Shown here in pieces: positions 40,096-53,380 of a stretch of 64,000 bases of DNA (position 1 is the stretch's first letter; each line of letters opens with the position of its first letter). A program made the translations under genes and the position numbers. The notes below the pieces were generated by a model. The model worked only from the letters and a program-made list of their open reading frames with translations, was not told the DNA's origin and searched no databases. Source of the stretch: Octopus vulgaris. Its lineage: Eukaryota. Location: NCBI GenBank assembly GCA_951406725.2, contig OX597840.1, positions 15,004,001 to 15,068,000 of the forward strand, given 5' to 3'.

Positions 40096-40630
40096 CCCTT
40101 TTGATACCAACCTGGCTTTGTTATATTTAAAATAAATTAATTAAAGAAGCACAATAGAAATATGGTAACAAAAGGGTTAAAAGATATAACAGAGAAACAA
40201 TTCTTAACTCTTTTGATAACAACCCAGCAGAAACTGCCTCTGGCTCTTTAGTACAAATGTCTTGGTTTCAAAAGTTCTGAATTAAAATCTTCCATCAAAC
40301 CTTAGTCAGAATTTATGTTCCTAGCACTAGCTTAACAATAACTAAGTTATTTTACTAAATTCTTTGTTATATTTAAAATTAATTGAAAGAAACACAGAGC
40401 ATCTCAACAGAAATATGGTAACAAAAGGGTTAAAAGATATAACAGAGAAACAATTCTTAACCCTTTTGATAACAACCCAGCAGAAACTGCCTCTGGCTCC
40501 GTAGTTATAAATGTCTTGTTTTCATAAGTTTTGAATTAAAATCTTCCACCAAACCTTAGTCACAATTTAAGTTCCTAACACTAGCTTAACAATAACTAAG
40601 TTATTTTACTAAATTCTTTGTTATATTTAA
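40096..40630. mobile_element. Tandem of three piggyBac-type MITE copies (40096-40176, 40208-40429, 40461-about 40630)
   Basis: TTAA-cccttttg...caaaaggg-TTAA ends. An identical 23-bp spacer (aagatataacagagaaacaattc) lies between copies. The array is inserted in a SINE. Confidence 0.85.
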
Positions 40631-41094
40631 GACAGAAATACAGTAATGAAAGGCAAAGTTCACCTCAACTTAATTTGAACTCAGAACATAAAAACTGACA
40701 AAATACTGCTAACCATTATGCCCAGCTTGTGAACAATTCTGCCAATAAATTATCATAATGCATTCCATTTGACATTACTCCAGTCTCCTCAGCTGAAAGT
40801 CTGAGTCAAAAATAGATGGGGCAGATGGGGGTGGAGTGGTTATTTTTCTACAGACCAGTGACCAATTCAGGTGGTGGTAGCAAGTGGGGGAGGGTGTCAT
40901 TGTTCTGCCTATCTTCCATGCAGAGGCAAATGACTACTGTCTGATAAGGGTACACCAGGCTCATGCATCACAACCACATGTGCGTGACAGGATGATCTTA
41001 TATCAAGATAAACAGTGCATGACCTTGCAGGTGGAGCTCAGAATTTTCTTCAGTTTTGTTAGCCCATCCCACTCAAAAGGTCCCTGAATAAGGT

Positions 41095-41350
41095 TTGTTT
41101 AACACTTTCCTCAGAATCCTTGCTGTTCCTAACCAGTCTCTTTTCTGCAACTGCCCCGTTCTGATGGTAATCCCTCGTTTCTCAAGCCATGCATCCAACC
41201 TTTTGCTAACTACTCCCAGTGTGCCAACCACAATTGGAACCCCTTTTGCATGCCTAATTCTCTATAGTTTCCTTATTTCTCACTTCAGCTCCTCGTATTT
41301 CTCCTCTTTTTCACTTTCTCTCTCATTCACTCTCCGGTCCCATAGTGAAA
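41095..41350 (-). mobile_element. R4/Dong-like LINE restriction-like endonuclease C-terminal fragment
   Basis: Minus translation: DRRVNERESEKEEKYEELK*EIRKL*RIRHAKGVPIVVGTLGVVSKRL...LQKRDWLGTARILRKV. Confidence 0.8.
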
Positions 41351-41389
41351 CATAGCCACAATAATTGCTTTGTTGTTCTTCTAATGGTT

Positions 41390-41880
41390 ACCAGTATTTC
41401 ATCCGTCCTTACGTTCTGAGTTCAAATTCCACCAAGGTCAACTTTGTCTTTCATCCCTAGGGTGGCGAGCTGGCAGAATCATTAGTACACCGGGCGAAAT
41501 GCTTAGCAGTATATCATCTGCTCCCATGTCCTGAGTTCAAATTCTGATGAGGTCAACTTTGCCTTTCATACTTTCAGAGTCGATAAGTTAAGTACCAGTG
41601 AAATACTGGGGTCAATGTAATCGACTATCCCCCTCCCTACAAATTCCAGGCCTTGTGCCTATAGTAGAAAGGAGCTGGCAGAATTGTTAGGAAGCCAGGC
41701 AAAATGCTGAGCAGTATTTCATCCTTCCTATCTCTTAGTTCAAATCACGCCAAGGTTGACTTTGCCTTTCATCCTTTCAAAGTCCATGAAATAAGTACCA
41801 GTTATGCACTGGGGTCAATGTAATCGACTAGCCCCCTTCTCCCACAAAATTTTCAAGGCCTTGTGCCTAGAGTAGAAATA
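41390..41880 (+). mobile_element. Tandem SINE family B copies
   Basis: Repeated ctggcagaat..gttcaaat..tttgcctttcat units. Other copies lie at 4138-4260, 16097-16322(-), 33052-33253(-), 40010-40745(-), 44970-45350(-), 47965-48372, 55603-55834, 56000-56210(-), 56422-56653, 57565-57750 and 57883-58100. Confidence 0.82.
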
Positions 41881-42603
41881 ATTATCATTATCTGTCTAGT
41901 GGTTAAGGCAAAAGATGTGTGGTGGACAAGACTGAAAGGATTGGGGAAAGACACCTTCCTCTCCAGTTAAGCTCTCATCAACTTTTTTTGTAAAGGAGAG
42001 CAAAGTGCTCTCCCTCTCTCTCTCACTCTTTCTCTCCTTCTCCCACTCCCTCTCTCCCTCTCTCTCACTCTCTCTGTCCCAGTGAATTTGTGAAAAGATG
42101 GGTGACTGTAACAAAAACGGTCAGAGTAAAGTGCCCTACTCTAAGTAAGCAAGGAGAACAGAAGAGAGGGCTTGTGTCTTTGCTGGTTAGGATAATCCTG
42201 GATATGTTGAGGTTGTTTGATTGGCCCTAGCTGAAGTTTCTCTTGTATCAAGAGGGCTGCATTGTTCATAATATCACAAACTACGCACACCTTTTATATC
42301 ATTTAACTGTCTTTTCCATTTCTTTCTCCTTATCTTTTATGTACATCCCCACACAAATTGCAGTCTGTATTGTTGTCTGTCCTTGAGATGTCCCCCTCAT
42401 CTATACTCCTGCAGCTGATAAAAGAAATTATCATTATTATTTTCCCTTTAATCACAGGTTTTGTTGTAACTCCTGGTATCTTTCATGCATAGCAAGTTTG
42501 CTGCCTGCAGCCCACAGTACCCTGATATGTGTTCTTTTCAACTATCTCATACTTTCCTGGTTATTCTGACCATGCCAAGGAGGCAAACTTTTCATAATAG
42601 TTC

Positions 42604-42649
<46 letters not shown>

Positions 42650-42696
42650 GTCCTTATTATTATTATTATTATTATTGTCCTTATTATTATTATTAT

Positions 42697-43070
42697 TACT
42701 ACCTCCAGCCTAGTGAAGGCGGGGGTCCTGTTTTCAGTCACATTTGTCTGTTTGTTTGTCCATGAACAAGATATCTCAAGAACTGCTGAATGGATTTGGA
42801 TGAAACATTCAGGAATGTTTGACCTCGTGACTAGCACAAACTGATTAGATTTTGGGATCGATCTGGTACCAAACAAGGATTCTGGATTATTTTTCTGTTT
42901 TTTTTTTACTTAATTTTTGAGAACAGTCAAGTTCATTTTTAGTATTCTCGTTTGTGAAAGCAGTCAAGTTTATTTCAGATATTCTCCTTTTAAAAATGAT
43001 ATCTGGCTAATCGTTGAGAGGACATTGGTGTTGCCTTGGCAGAGGTTTGTGCTCTCTGAGTGCGCTTGTT
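42697..43070 (+). mobile_element. Helentron-associated non-autonomous element (HINE/DINE-1-like)
   Basis: Subterminal inverted repeats acctccagcc / ggcagaggt, a gtctgtttgtttgt microsatellite, a 3' hairpin gtgctctctgagtgc and TT insertion context. Confidence 0.7.
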
Positions 43071-43079
43071 ATTATTATT

Positions 43080-43390
43080 ATTCAGTTGTCTTATTTTGAT
43101 CACATGCTTTCACTGCACTACCAGGCACTGCTCTGTGTGCCTTGGGTATGTGCTGTGGTTTGTTGTGGTGCTCTTATTTCCACTCTATTAAAAGTGCTTT
43201 ACATTGGAGGTGTGTGGTGCCTAGTGGTGCTATTTTCAATATGTTACATACACTTGTAAGTCCGGGTGTTTTGGTTATGTATTTGTCTGAATGTTTTTTT
43301 ATCATACCTAATGCACTTATTATTATAGGGATTGTTTCTGTTATTAGGCTCCACATTTGAGTTACCTCTATTTACAGATCTTTGTATCAT
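43080..43390 (-). mobile_element. R4/Dong-like LINE 3' end in (TAA)n
   Basis: Minus translation: YKDL*IEVTQMWSLITETIPIIISALGMIKK...LKIAPLGTTHL. Flanked by (TTA)n, the known Dong target. Confidence 0.8.
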
Positions 43391-45382
43391 CATTATTATT
43401 ATTATAATTATTATTATTATTATTATTATCATTATTACTACTACTACTACTAGTAGTAGTAGTAGTAGTGTGTGTCCTGTTCAAGTACAGTGCTGGCCCA
43501 GTACATTGCTGTCCCCATGAACTGCCCACAAGACTGATGCATATGTCATCGTCCAAATGGTCAATTCTGGAGCAAACCTCCATATTTGATGCTATTCTAA
43601 AGGAAAATGTGTGCCATGGGCTGATGCTGTTAAAAGCAGTGAATGGACAGCTGACCTAAAACTGACCACAGTGGACAGTACTAGTCAAGGAAATTACCTA
43701 GAATCCTAAGGTAATGTGATGTTATAAAGAGGAGAGTGGAGTGTCTGTGCATCTTTCCAGCTGTTTTGTCTTTCCTTCTACAATATATTGACCCTTTATT
43801 GACCCTTTGGTATTCTGTGGTCAGTGGATATCCATCAATGGGTCACTGGAACCTTTCCCAACTTCCACCTTTTCACACATGGGATGAAATCTTCTCATCA
43901 CAGTTTCTCTTCATGAGGGTTTGAACTCTGACACTGCAGTTAACTCAAGGCCACAGAGGTACTTCTGTATGATTGCTCTGCTTGCTAGAAATAACAGTCA
44001 AATTGTACCCCACCCCAACACCTGGGTTAAAGAACAAGAAAATGGTTCATTCATTAATGTTGCCCAAGATGCTTCCAAAATTAATGGGATTGTCATGGTC
44101 GGAATGCATTTTATCTTAGGTCTGCCCTCCTCTCAAAACGTTGGTTACTCTATATCTGAAGAGCAGCAACAACTTAACAAATATTTGTGACTCTGTTCCC
44201 CCACTTGAGCCATCGAAGGAAGCCTGTACAAGGTCAGTCTCACTCAGCTTGCTAGAAGTAGCAGCCAAATCCCCCACAGGAAGAGCATATTCAGTAATAC
44301 AGTGCAGGATAGAATATTCTTTAAAAACATAGCATGGGACACTCAAAGTTATCATACTCTCAGCTATGGACGTGTGTCTGCTCAACAGAGTCCCACAACA
44401 TCAGTTGTAATGTTACCACCATTTGCAGGAATGTGTAGTCCTGAAGCTGTGGAACCTAATTACAGCTAGGTAGACAGAGCCATTTGAGAGTGAAGGTATC
44501 TGGACTGAAGTCACAATTGCAATGTATAATGACAGTCTTAGGATTAGAACCTGTAATCTCTTCCTTCACCACCCTTCTTTATCTTATCAACTCATTCCTC
44601 TGCTGCGGTTCTCAATGCAGATATTATATCTATATATAATCAATACCTTAACTAACCTTGCCATAACAGACCAATCAGTTACCATTCAGGTATTGATTTC
44701 TGAGAAGCAAAGCAATACACCACTGAGATCATAGCAAACATCAGGTGGGGAGGGGAGGTGGCCAGTAGGGAAGGAGTTGGGAGGTGGAGATCGCTGTTGG
44801 GCCTCTTTATAAAATTTAATGATTTTTGGGAGAGGCATAAACACCACACCACACGCCATTAATTCCTAGATGAGCCACCAAATAGTCCTTTCCCTGGTGG
44901 TCAAGCCTGCTAAAAACAGCCACTCCTCCCTCTAATTAATAATAATAATAATAATGAAAATAATAATAATCCTTTCTACTATAGGCACAGGGCCTGAATT
45001 TTTATGGGAGGGCACTAGTCAATTATATTGACCCCAGTGTTTCACTGGTACTAAATTTATTGACCCCTGAAAGGATGAAGGGTAAAGTCGACCTTGGCAG
45101 ATTTTGAACTCAGAACACAGCAAAGGGTGAATAATAATAATAATAATAATAATGGTTTCAAATTTTGGCACAAGGCCAACAATTTAGGAGAAGGAAGAAG
45201 TCTATTACGTTGATCCCCAGTATTCAACTGGTACCTATTTTATTGATCTTGAGAGGGATGAACAGCAAAGTAGACCTTGGTAGAATCTGAACTCAGGTCA
45301 TAAAGACAGACGAAATGCTGCTAAGCATTTTGTCTGGCATGTTAATGATCCCACCAATAATAATAACAACAACAACAACAAA

Positions 45383-45938
45383 TGCTCTGATGCAGTATCA
45401 AGCAGTGGCTCTCACGACTTCTGATCTTAACTGATTGGAAGTGTTATCATGTACATTGTTTTGTCTTGGTATAAAAGATGGGCTACAGCAAATATTCTGC
45501 TCAATACCACAGATTTGCTTGTCGGTTGTTTGACCTTAACCAGTTGAGCATGTCCCTTAGTGGCTGATGATAAGTGCATCTCTGATCACGAGCAGAAGTA
45601 GTGGGGGAGCATCATAGCCATGTGTTGAGAGGAATTCTTTGGGGTTTGGATAATTCGCCTCTGGAAACATGAGTGTTTCATTCAACATCCTTAAACAACC
45701 CTTATTCAGGGATCTTTCGGAGTGGGATGGGCTACTTGACCTGAAGAAAATTCTAACTGGGCCCCACTTACAAGGTCATGTGCTGTTTATCTTCATATGA
45801 GATCACCATGTTGTGCACATATGGTTGTGATGCATGTGCATAGTGTACCCTTATCAGATGGGTAGTTATGATGGGTATACTGGGCTTTGTATATATTATC
45901 CCAGTGTCACTTTGATGGCATGCATTGCTCTCTCGCTC

Positions 45939-45940
<2 letters not shown>
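45383..45940 (+). mobile_element. ~555-bp unclassified interspersed repeat with (TAA)n tail (family D)
   Basis: A full-length reverse-complement copy lies at 35517-36072 and a partial copy at 40930-41100. Confidence 0.8.
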
Positions 45941-45972
<32 letters not shown>

Positions 45973-48833
45973 CCATATAAAAAGTACCCAGTCCACACTG
46001 TAAAGTGTTTGGCATTTGGAAAGGCATCCAGCCGTAAAAACCTTGCCAAAACTGACCTTGCCTGTGTTTGTGTTACATAAAAAGCACTAAGTCCACTCTG
46101 CTGAGTGGTTGGTGTAAGGAAGAGCATCCAGCTGTAAAAACCATGCCAAAACAGACGCAGAAGTCTGGTTCAGACTCCTGTCAAACCATCTAACCCATGC
46201 CAGGATGGAAGGCAGATGTTAAATGATGATGATGATGATTAGAAAAAGTATCCAAAAGCGCATGCAAAGTTCACACAAGAATTCACAGGAAGTGATCAGG
46301 AAAAAAAAGTTGTTAAACACAAACGGTTTGGGGTGGGGTGGTATCATGTGTACTGCTGGAGCAGTTCAGGAAGTATGGAAGTTTTGAAGGATGTACTCTC
46401 CTGACAGCTAATAACTGAAGCGGGTAGTTTATGCCATGCTTCAACAATTCTGAACTTGAAAAAAAGTTACAGGTACCTCTGTTGCTTTCTGATTTTCTAA
46501 GCATGTCCACAAGTATTAGACTTATGGAATTCAAAAAGCTGCCGTTGTTTTAAATGAAAAAACATAAGAGTTTTCTTCAAACTTTCATCTCATATTTCAA
46601 AAAATATTCTGACAGTTGATATTCCAAGAGAAAACCAGGCTCAGTTTACCAGCTGATGATCAGAAATGAGTAACTCTGAGTACCGAAATGGGAACCTTTC
46701 ATTTATTAAAGAACACTTTACATTCGTATTGAGTCCTGTAATTTATCTCTTTTAATGAGTCAACAGAAATTTGTGTGTATGTGCATACATAGGTGTGTGT
46801 GCCTGTGTGTGTGTGTGTGTGCGTGCACATAGGTGTGTGTGTGTCTGTGCGCATGTGTATGTTTTGTGTGTATGTTGTTTGTGTTTCTGTGTGTATGCAT
46901 GCATAAGTGTGTATGTATCTGTGTGTGTGTATGTGCATGTGTGTGTGTGTGTGTGTGCCTCCTTGTTTTGACAAAGCATGATTGTTGTAAATGGATCTCA
47001 TTCATTTTCATTCATTATCATCCGCTTTCCATGCTAGCATGGGTTGGATGGTACGATCGGGGTCTGGGAAGCCAGGAGGCTGCACCAGGCTCCAATCTGA
47101 TCTGGCAGAGTTTCTACAGCTGGATGCCCTTCCTAACGCCAACCACTCCATGAGTATAGTGGGTGCCTTTCACATGCCACTGGCACAGGAGCCAGAGGAG
47201 GCTGGCAACAGCCACGATCAGTTGGTGCTTTTTACGTGCCACTGGCATAGGCCATGTTTGGACGGTGCTCTTAACATGCCACCAGCACAGGTATCACAAC
47301 TACAATTTCAATTTGATTTTTATTTTGATGTTCATTATTCTGTGAAAACATGTCTGACCATTGTGGTGAGGGTGATTACTAACCTGCTTAGAAACGGGTA
47401 AGGGCTGCTGACAGGAAGAGCATCCAGCCATAGATAATCTGTATCAATAAATGCCATCCAAGTCCTGCAAGCATAGAAGAGGGGACATTAAAAAGACAAC
47501 ATTGCTTTTTGTGTATTTTCCTTTTTTCAACATACAACTGTATCTTCAGCAATTCTGCTGTTCAGACAATTTGCTGATGATTGGAAAATATTTCTGTCTG
47601 GTACATTTCCAATATTTGGTGTTCAAATTGATAACACAATCAGAAGTGCAACACCCTCCCCCACTAAATTAAGTGTATTCTCTGATAAACCTATCTGATC
47701 AATAACACGATTTTCTGTAAAGCAAATAACCCAGAGGAAGGCAACAGGGAGCCCTATTTCCTGAAAGTTCCCAGACAAATTCATAAAGGATGATTCCAAG
47801 AGATGGTTCATTGATCTGCTGTTTTGCAGAAATGAATCTTTGGTGAATATGTATATAGATTGCACTGCTGTTTAATCCCAGCCCAGCCATAGCCACCCCA
47901 TCTTAATTTCAGGTAGTGTCTATCTTGGATTGCATATTCAATATTTAATATGTGTAAGAGAGTAAACTGGGAGAAACGTTAGCACACCGGGCGAAATGCT
48001 TAGCAGCATTTCATCTGCTGTTACACTCTGAGTTCAAATTCCACTGATGTCAACTTTGTCTTTCATCCTTTCGGGGTCAATAAATTAAGTACCAGTCAAG
48101 TGATGAGGTCGATGTGGTAGACTTAATCCCTTTGTCTATCCTTGTTTGTCCCCTCTATGTTTAGCCGCTTATGGGCAATAATGAAATAAGAAACATTTGC
48201 ATGCCAGGCGAAATGTTTTGTGGTATTTCGTCTATCTTTACATTCTGAGTTCAAATTCCATTGAGGTTGACTTTGCCTTTCCTCCTTTCGGGGTCGATAA
48301 ATTAAGTATCTGCTGCATACTAGGGTTGATCTAATCAGCTGGCCCCTCGCCCTAAATTTCAGGCCTTGTGCTTAGAGTAGCAAATAATATTTAATATGTG
48401 CTTTCCTTTTTAAAATAATTAATTTTTTTAGTTGTTGTTGTATTATTTTAATTACAAGTTGGTCCTGATTGAGTAGAACTACATTTAAAGGCATTCCATC
48501 TATGACAATCCCCTCTTTAGTGGATTTCTCTTTTTTTGAATAATCCAATAATATCATTGTTTTGTTTTTGTTGCTAAGAAACAATGAAAGTATTTCTTCC
48601 CCATTTCAGACCCAGCACCAGCACATCCCCTTCCCCAGGTCATGTTTTATAAACTCCTCATCTGCCTCCTGTTTCATGCAACAAAACAGAACAAGAAAAG
48701 AAAAGCAAAAGATTATTTTAATGAAACTGCTGTTAATTATGTGCAGTGGTTAATTATCCAGATGTCCTCAGATTATCACATTGAGCATATGTCCCCTTTT
48801 TAGATGTTTGTGTAGGCTTGAACCCCATTACCC

Positions 48834-49047
48834 TTTTACTTTTTTACTTGTTTCAGTCATTTGACTGCAGCCATGCTGGAGCACCGTCTTTAGTCAGGCA
48901 AATCGAGCCCGGGACTTATTCTTTGTAAGCCTAGTACTTATTCTATCACTCTCTTTTGCTGAACTGCTAAGTTACGGGGACGTAAACACACTAGCATCGG
49001 TTGTCAAGCAATATTGGGGGGACAAACACAGACACAAAAACATATAC

Positions 49048-49080
<33 letters not shown>

Positions 49081-49241
49081 TACATATACACGATGGGCTT
49101 CTTTCAGTTTCCGTCTACCAAATCCACTCACAAGGCTTTGTTTGGCCTGAGGCTATAGTAGAAGACACTTGCCCAAGGTGACACACAGTGGGACTGAACC
49201 TGGAACCATGAGCTACTTACCACACAGCCACTCCTACGCCC
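48834..49241 (-). mobile_element. SINE family A
   Basis: Reverse-complement match. Confidence 0.85.
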
Positions 49242-49576
49242 TTTGTTAAATTTTTATGGAAAGAATGAAATTACATTGGACCTTGTTACATCATCAGTCA
49301 TCTTTTTCTATTCACTGATAAAACAATATCCTCCTACACATAGACATTTGTGTAGACTAGTGCCCTCTATATCTAAATTACTAAAGAAGCTGAGGACTTC
49401 TAGAATGAAATTATTTTGGACCTTCCTACATCATCAGTCATCTTTTTCTATTCACTGATAAGTAACTGTTTAATATTTTTTCATTGCAACAAAGATTTTT
49501 AAAAAATCTGTTTAAAATATAAATATTTTACATCATTTAAATGTTTATTCCTAAAACAATCTCGACCCCTCTAAAC

Positions 49577-49888
49577 CAGACATTCCCAAACTTTTTGGGC
49601 CACCGCCCCCTCATGGCCACATAATACCATCAGTGCCCCCACCCCTATTTTTATGTACTCTTTTTACTCTTTTACTCTTTTACTTGTTTCAGTCATTTGA
49701 CTGGCCATGCAGGAGCACCGCCTTTAGTCGAGCAAATCGACCCCAGGACTTATTCTTTGTAAGCCTAGTACTCATTCTATCGATCCCTTTGCTGAACCAC
49801 TAAGCTACGGGGACGTAAACACACCAGCATCGGTTGTCAAGCGATGTTGGGGGGAGAAACTCAAACATACAAACATATACACACACAC

Positions 49889-49938
<50 letters not shown>

Positions 49939-50295
49939 GACGGGCTTCTTTCAGTTTCCGTCTACCAGATCCACTCACAAGGCTTTGGTCGGCCCGAGGC
50001 TATAGTAGAAGACACTTGCCCAAGGTGCCACGCAGTGGGACTGAACCCAGAACCATGTGGTCCGTAAGCAAGCTACTTACCACGCAGCCATTATTTGATA
50101 TTTAGTATATTATGTAATTTGTATACAGTACTAAAATGATATTATAATAAATTCATAGTGTCCCCCAATCCACTGCCTTCCTCCCAATGCCACCTTTTTC
50201 TCTATGCACCCCCCCTGCCCATTTAGGCACCAGCGCCCTCCTGGACCATCTCAACGCCCACTGAGGGCTGGTCACACCCACTTTGAGAACCTATG
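49577..50295. mobile_element. hAT (Charlie/Buster-like) MITE interrupted by a SINE
   Basis: Ends cagacattcccaaac / ctttgagaacctatg. 8-bp TSD ctctaaac / ctctaagc (7 of 8 match). Confidence 0.75.
49657..50090 (-). mobile_element. SINE family A nested in the hAT MITE
   Basis: Reverse-complement match. Confidence 0.85.
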
Positions 50296-50820
50296 CTCTA
50301 AGCACTCAGTTTGCCTTGACGCTTGCTGTGCCCCCTTCTTAACTCATGATGCCCCACCCCCATGCCACCTTCCAGAAGGAGGGTAGGATGGGGGAAAAAG
50401 CCACCAAATGTAATTTAAGGAACATTTAGCTGCTATTTTTAGCTGACTGCATACACCATATTGATTTAATTAAGATATCATTTTCTGGAATAGCATGGTG
50501 CAAAATTTGGAGAGAGTCTGGCTGTTATTTTTAGCATGACAAATGATCATTAATTCTTTGTTGGTTTAAGATGGAGTTTGGCTGCTATTTCTAGGAGGTT
50601 GGGATTGTAGGGGGTCAGACTATAAGACTCTCACTTTTAGAATTAAAACTATTGAGATGATGGTATTGCTCTGCCAGATACTTATCTCTTTGTCTACAGC
50701 ACTTATTGACCACAGAACAAATCAATAATTGATCACTTGGTCCTCACACTCTCCTTCTCCCCTCTTCTGCTACACACACATACACACACACACACATGCA
50801 TGCGCACATGTACACACAAT

Positions 50821-50857
<37 letters not shown>

Positions 50858-51138
50858 CCACACACACACATACAATCACACATATATGCACACACAATCA
50901 CACACATGCTTGCACGCACACACACACACATGCAAACACACACATGCAAACACACACATGCAAACACACACAGACACATATGATCATATACACACACACA
51001 CACACACAAAACCAATTCAATTTGAACAAAGATTTTTATAAGTGTCAATCAACTAATAATATACATTTGCGTGTGTGTGTGTAAATATGTATATACATTA
51101 TACACACACACATATACATATATATATGTGCGTATATA

Positions 51139-51174
<36 letters not shown>

Positions 51175-51182
51175 CATATGTG

Positions 51183-51211
<29 letters not shown>

Positions 51212-51217
<6 letters not shown>

Positions 51218-51450
51218 GAAAGAATGGAGTCGAACGAAGATGTTAACAAAATTCCTTTACTCTCGACACATGTTTCGAAGACAGCATATTTTCATTCCGA
51301 AGGAATAAAAGGTGCATTATGCAATCTTCTCATCAGGAAAGAAAAGGAGCCTCTCTCAACAACAAGACAAACAAAAATTTCGATGATTGTCTACATGGTA
51401 ACCAAAGGAATTTTGTTAACATCTTCGTTCAACTCCATTCTCTCATTTAT
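51212..51450. repeat. ~47-bp inverted repeat enclosing the hammerhead
   Basis: ataaatgaaagaatggagtcgaacgaagatgttaacaaaattccttt / aaaggaattttgttaacatcttcgttcaactccattctctcatttat. Confidence 0.88.
51254..51347 (-). ncRNA. Type I hammerhead ribozyme (intact core)
   Basis: Minus strand: CCUUUUCUUUC-CUGAUGA-GAAGA...UCUUC-GAAAC-AUGU-GUC|GAGAGUAAAGG. Stem I pairs 10 of 11 positions; stem II is long and branched. Confidence 0.88.
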
Positions 51451-51616
51451 TCGTATACAACACACACATTTCTACACATGAACCCGGAGTTTCTACCCTT
51501 GACAGGTCGCTTCAACTGTGTTTCCTGATGTGAATTTGCTACCCAGGTTTCGGTTAAACGAATTTTCCATGCTGACGATAAACATAGGATAATTCATTCA
51601 CCTACTTAAATATATA

Positions 51617-51647
<31 letters not shown>

Positions 51648-52645
51648 GCATATACACACACACACACACATATGCATATATATGTGTGTGTGTTTCCACT
51701 TTTCCCTGCCATTTTTGATTGAATAGGTTGTCACTAACGGAATCACTTCATATTTCATCTCACTGCTGTCATATTCGACCGAGTTGATGCTTTGCTCATA
51801 AAATGTGTGGATATATGACTGTGTGTATAATGTTTATATATGTATATATGTGCATGTAATTGGTCAGTTGTTCATACATTGGAACCAGAATCACACTCTG
51901 GAAAAATTGTTTACGGCAGTAATGTTTACAATTCACAGCCCAGGGTTCACCAGTCACTGCATTCCCCACTCCCACACTCTTTGCATCCTTGTGAAGTCTC
52001 TACTCCCTAATCATGCACCTTTTGCAATACCTACCATTTATATTCTGACCCCTGTACCTTAAGGGTATGACCAGGGACTTTGCTACCGTCTATTTCTTTC
52101 TCTTGTTCTGCTCTACCACTCCACTTATATTCTGATCCCTATTCTTGATGAGTATGCTCTGACACTTTGCCATCATCTCTCTCCTGCTCCCTCTTTCGCT
52201 TGCTCTTCCATCTGGCTGGGGAACCATGTATCTCCTCTAAGGTAACACACCTGTTTCTCTCTCCATTCTTGATCTTTCTCTCTCTCTCTCTCTCTCTGAG
52301 CAGGTAACCATGTACCTCTAAAAAAACACACCTGTTTCTGTCTCTCTGTCACACTCTAGCCTTTCATCATCTCGTACAAGATCCCTTCCTCCAAATCCCC
52401 CTACCCTCTCAAAGGATCTTTGTAATGCAAGTTACTTGGTGACCCTTCCGGTGTTGGTGCCACATTAAAAGCACTCAGTCAATTCTACCCAGTGGTTGGC
52501 ATTAGGAAGGGCCTCCAGCCATCAAAACCATGCCAAAACACAAACTAAAGCCTGGTGCAGTCTTCTGCCTAGCCAGCTTTTGTCAAACTGTCCAACCCAT
52601 GCCAGCATGGAAAGCAGATATTAAAGGATGATGGTGATGATGAAA

Positions 52646-52853
52646 AGTGTGGAAAAGTTCCTGATTTTGAGTTAAAGAAAATACAGGGGGATCTGTTAAC
52701 TATGAGTATTTCAACGTATTCCCCACTCAAATTCACACACTTATTGCAGCAGTCCTTCAGTTTTTCTATGTCCTGTAAAAAAACTCAGGTTAGGTCTCCA
52801 ACCAAGCCTTTTGCAATACCCTTAAAGCCAGGGACTTTTCAGCACATCCTCAT
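52646..52853. mobile_element. Mariner-derived MITE
   Basis: TIR-like aaaagttcctg...cagggactttt. The minus strand retains the mariner C-terminus (CNKCVNLSGEYVE). Same family as 58407-58624. Confidence 0.7.
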
Positions 52854-52856
52854 GTG

Positions 52857-52899
<43 letters not shown>

Positions 52900-53347
52900 G
52901 TATGTATAAATCTTTTTCTTTTTATTTGTTTTAGTCATTGAACTGTGACCATGCTGGGGCACCACCTTGAAGAATTTTGTTATTTCTTAAGTCTAGTACT
53001 TATTCTATCTGTGTATTTTGCCTAAAAACTAAGTTACAAAGATGTAAACAAACCAACACCGGTTATCAGGTGGGTGTAGAGAACCAACACAAACACACAC
53101 ACTCACATAAACTAAACTTAACTGAACTACACCCCTCATATTGTATATATATATATATATATGCCATGATAGATCGTTAGCCACAACACATTTTTTTTCT
53201 CGCCTTGTTTCTTTCTGTGTCCCTTTCTGTAGAAGAGCATAGGCTCGAAACGTAAAAGACTTTCTATTCCTGAGCGTTATACTAATACATCTGTTTGTTT
53301 TGTACACCACCTGTCTTCGTCTATTGTTTTTTTTTTGCAAATCTCCC

Positions 53348-53380
<33 letters not shown>

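Noticed and set aside
46310-47870. Unique-looking stretches (46310-46720, 47500-47870; also 53940-54180) as host exons
   Set aside because: Stops in the plausible frames, no recognisable domain and no convincing splice-site pairs.
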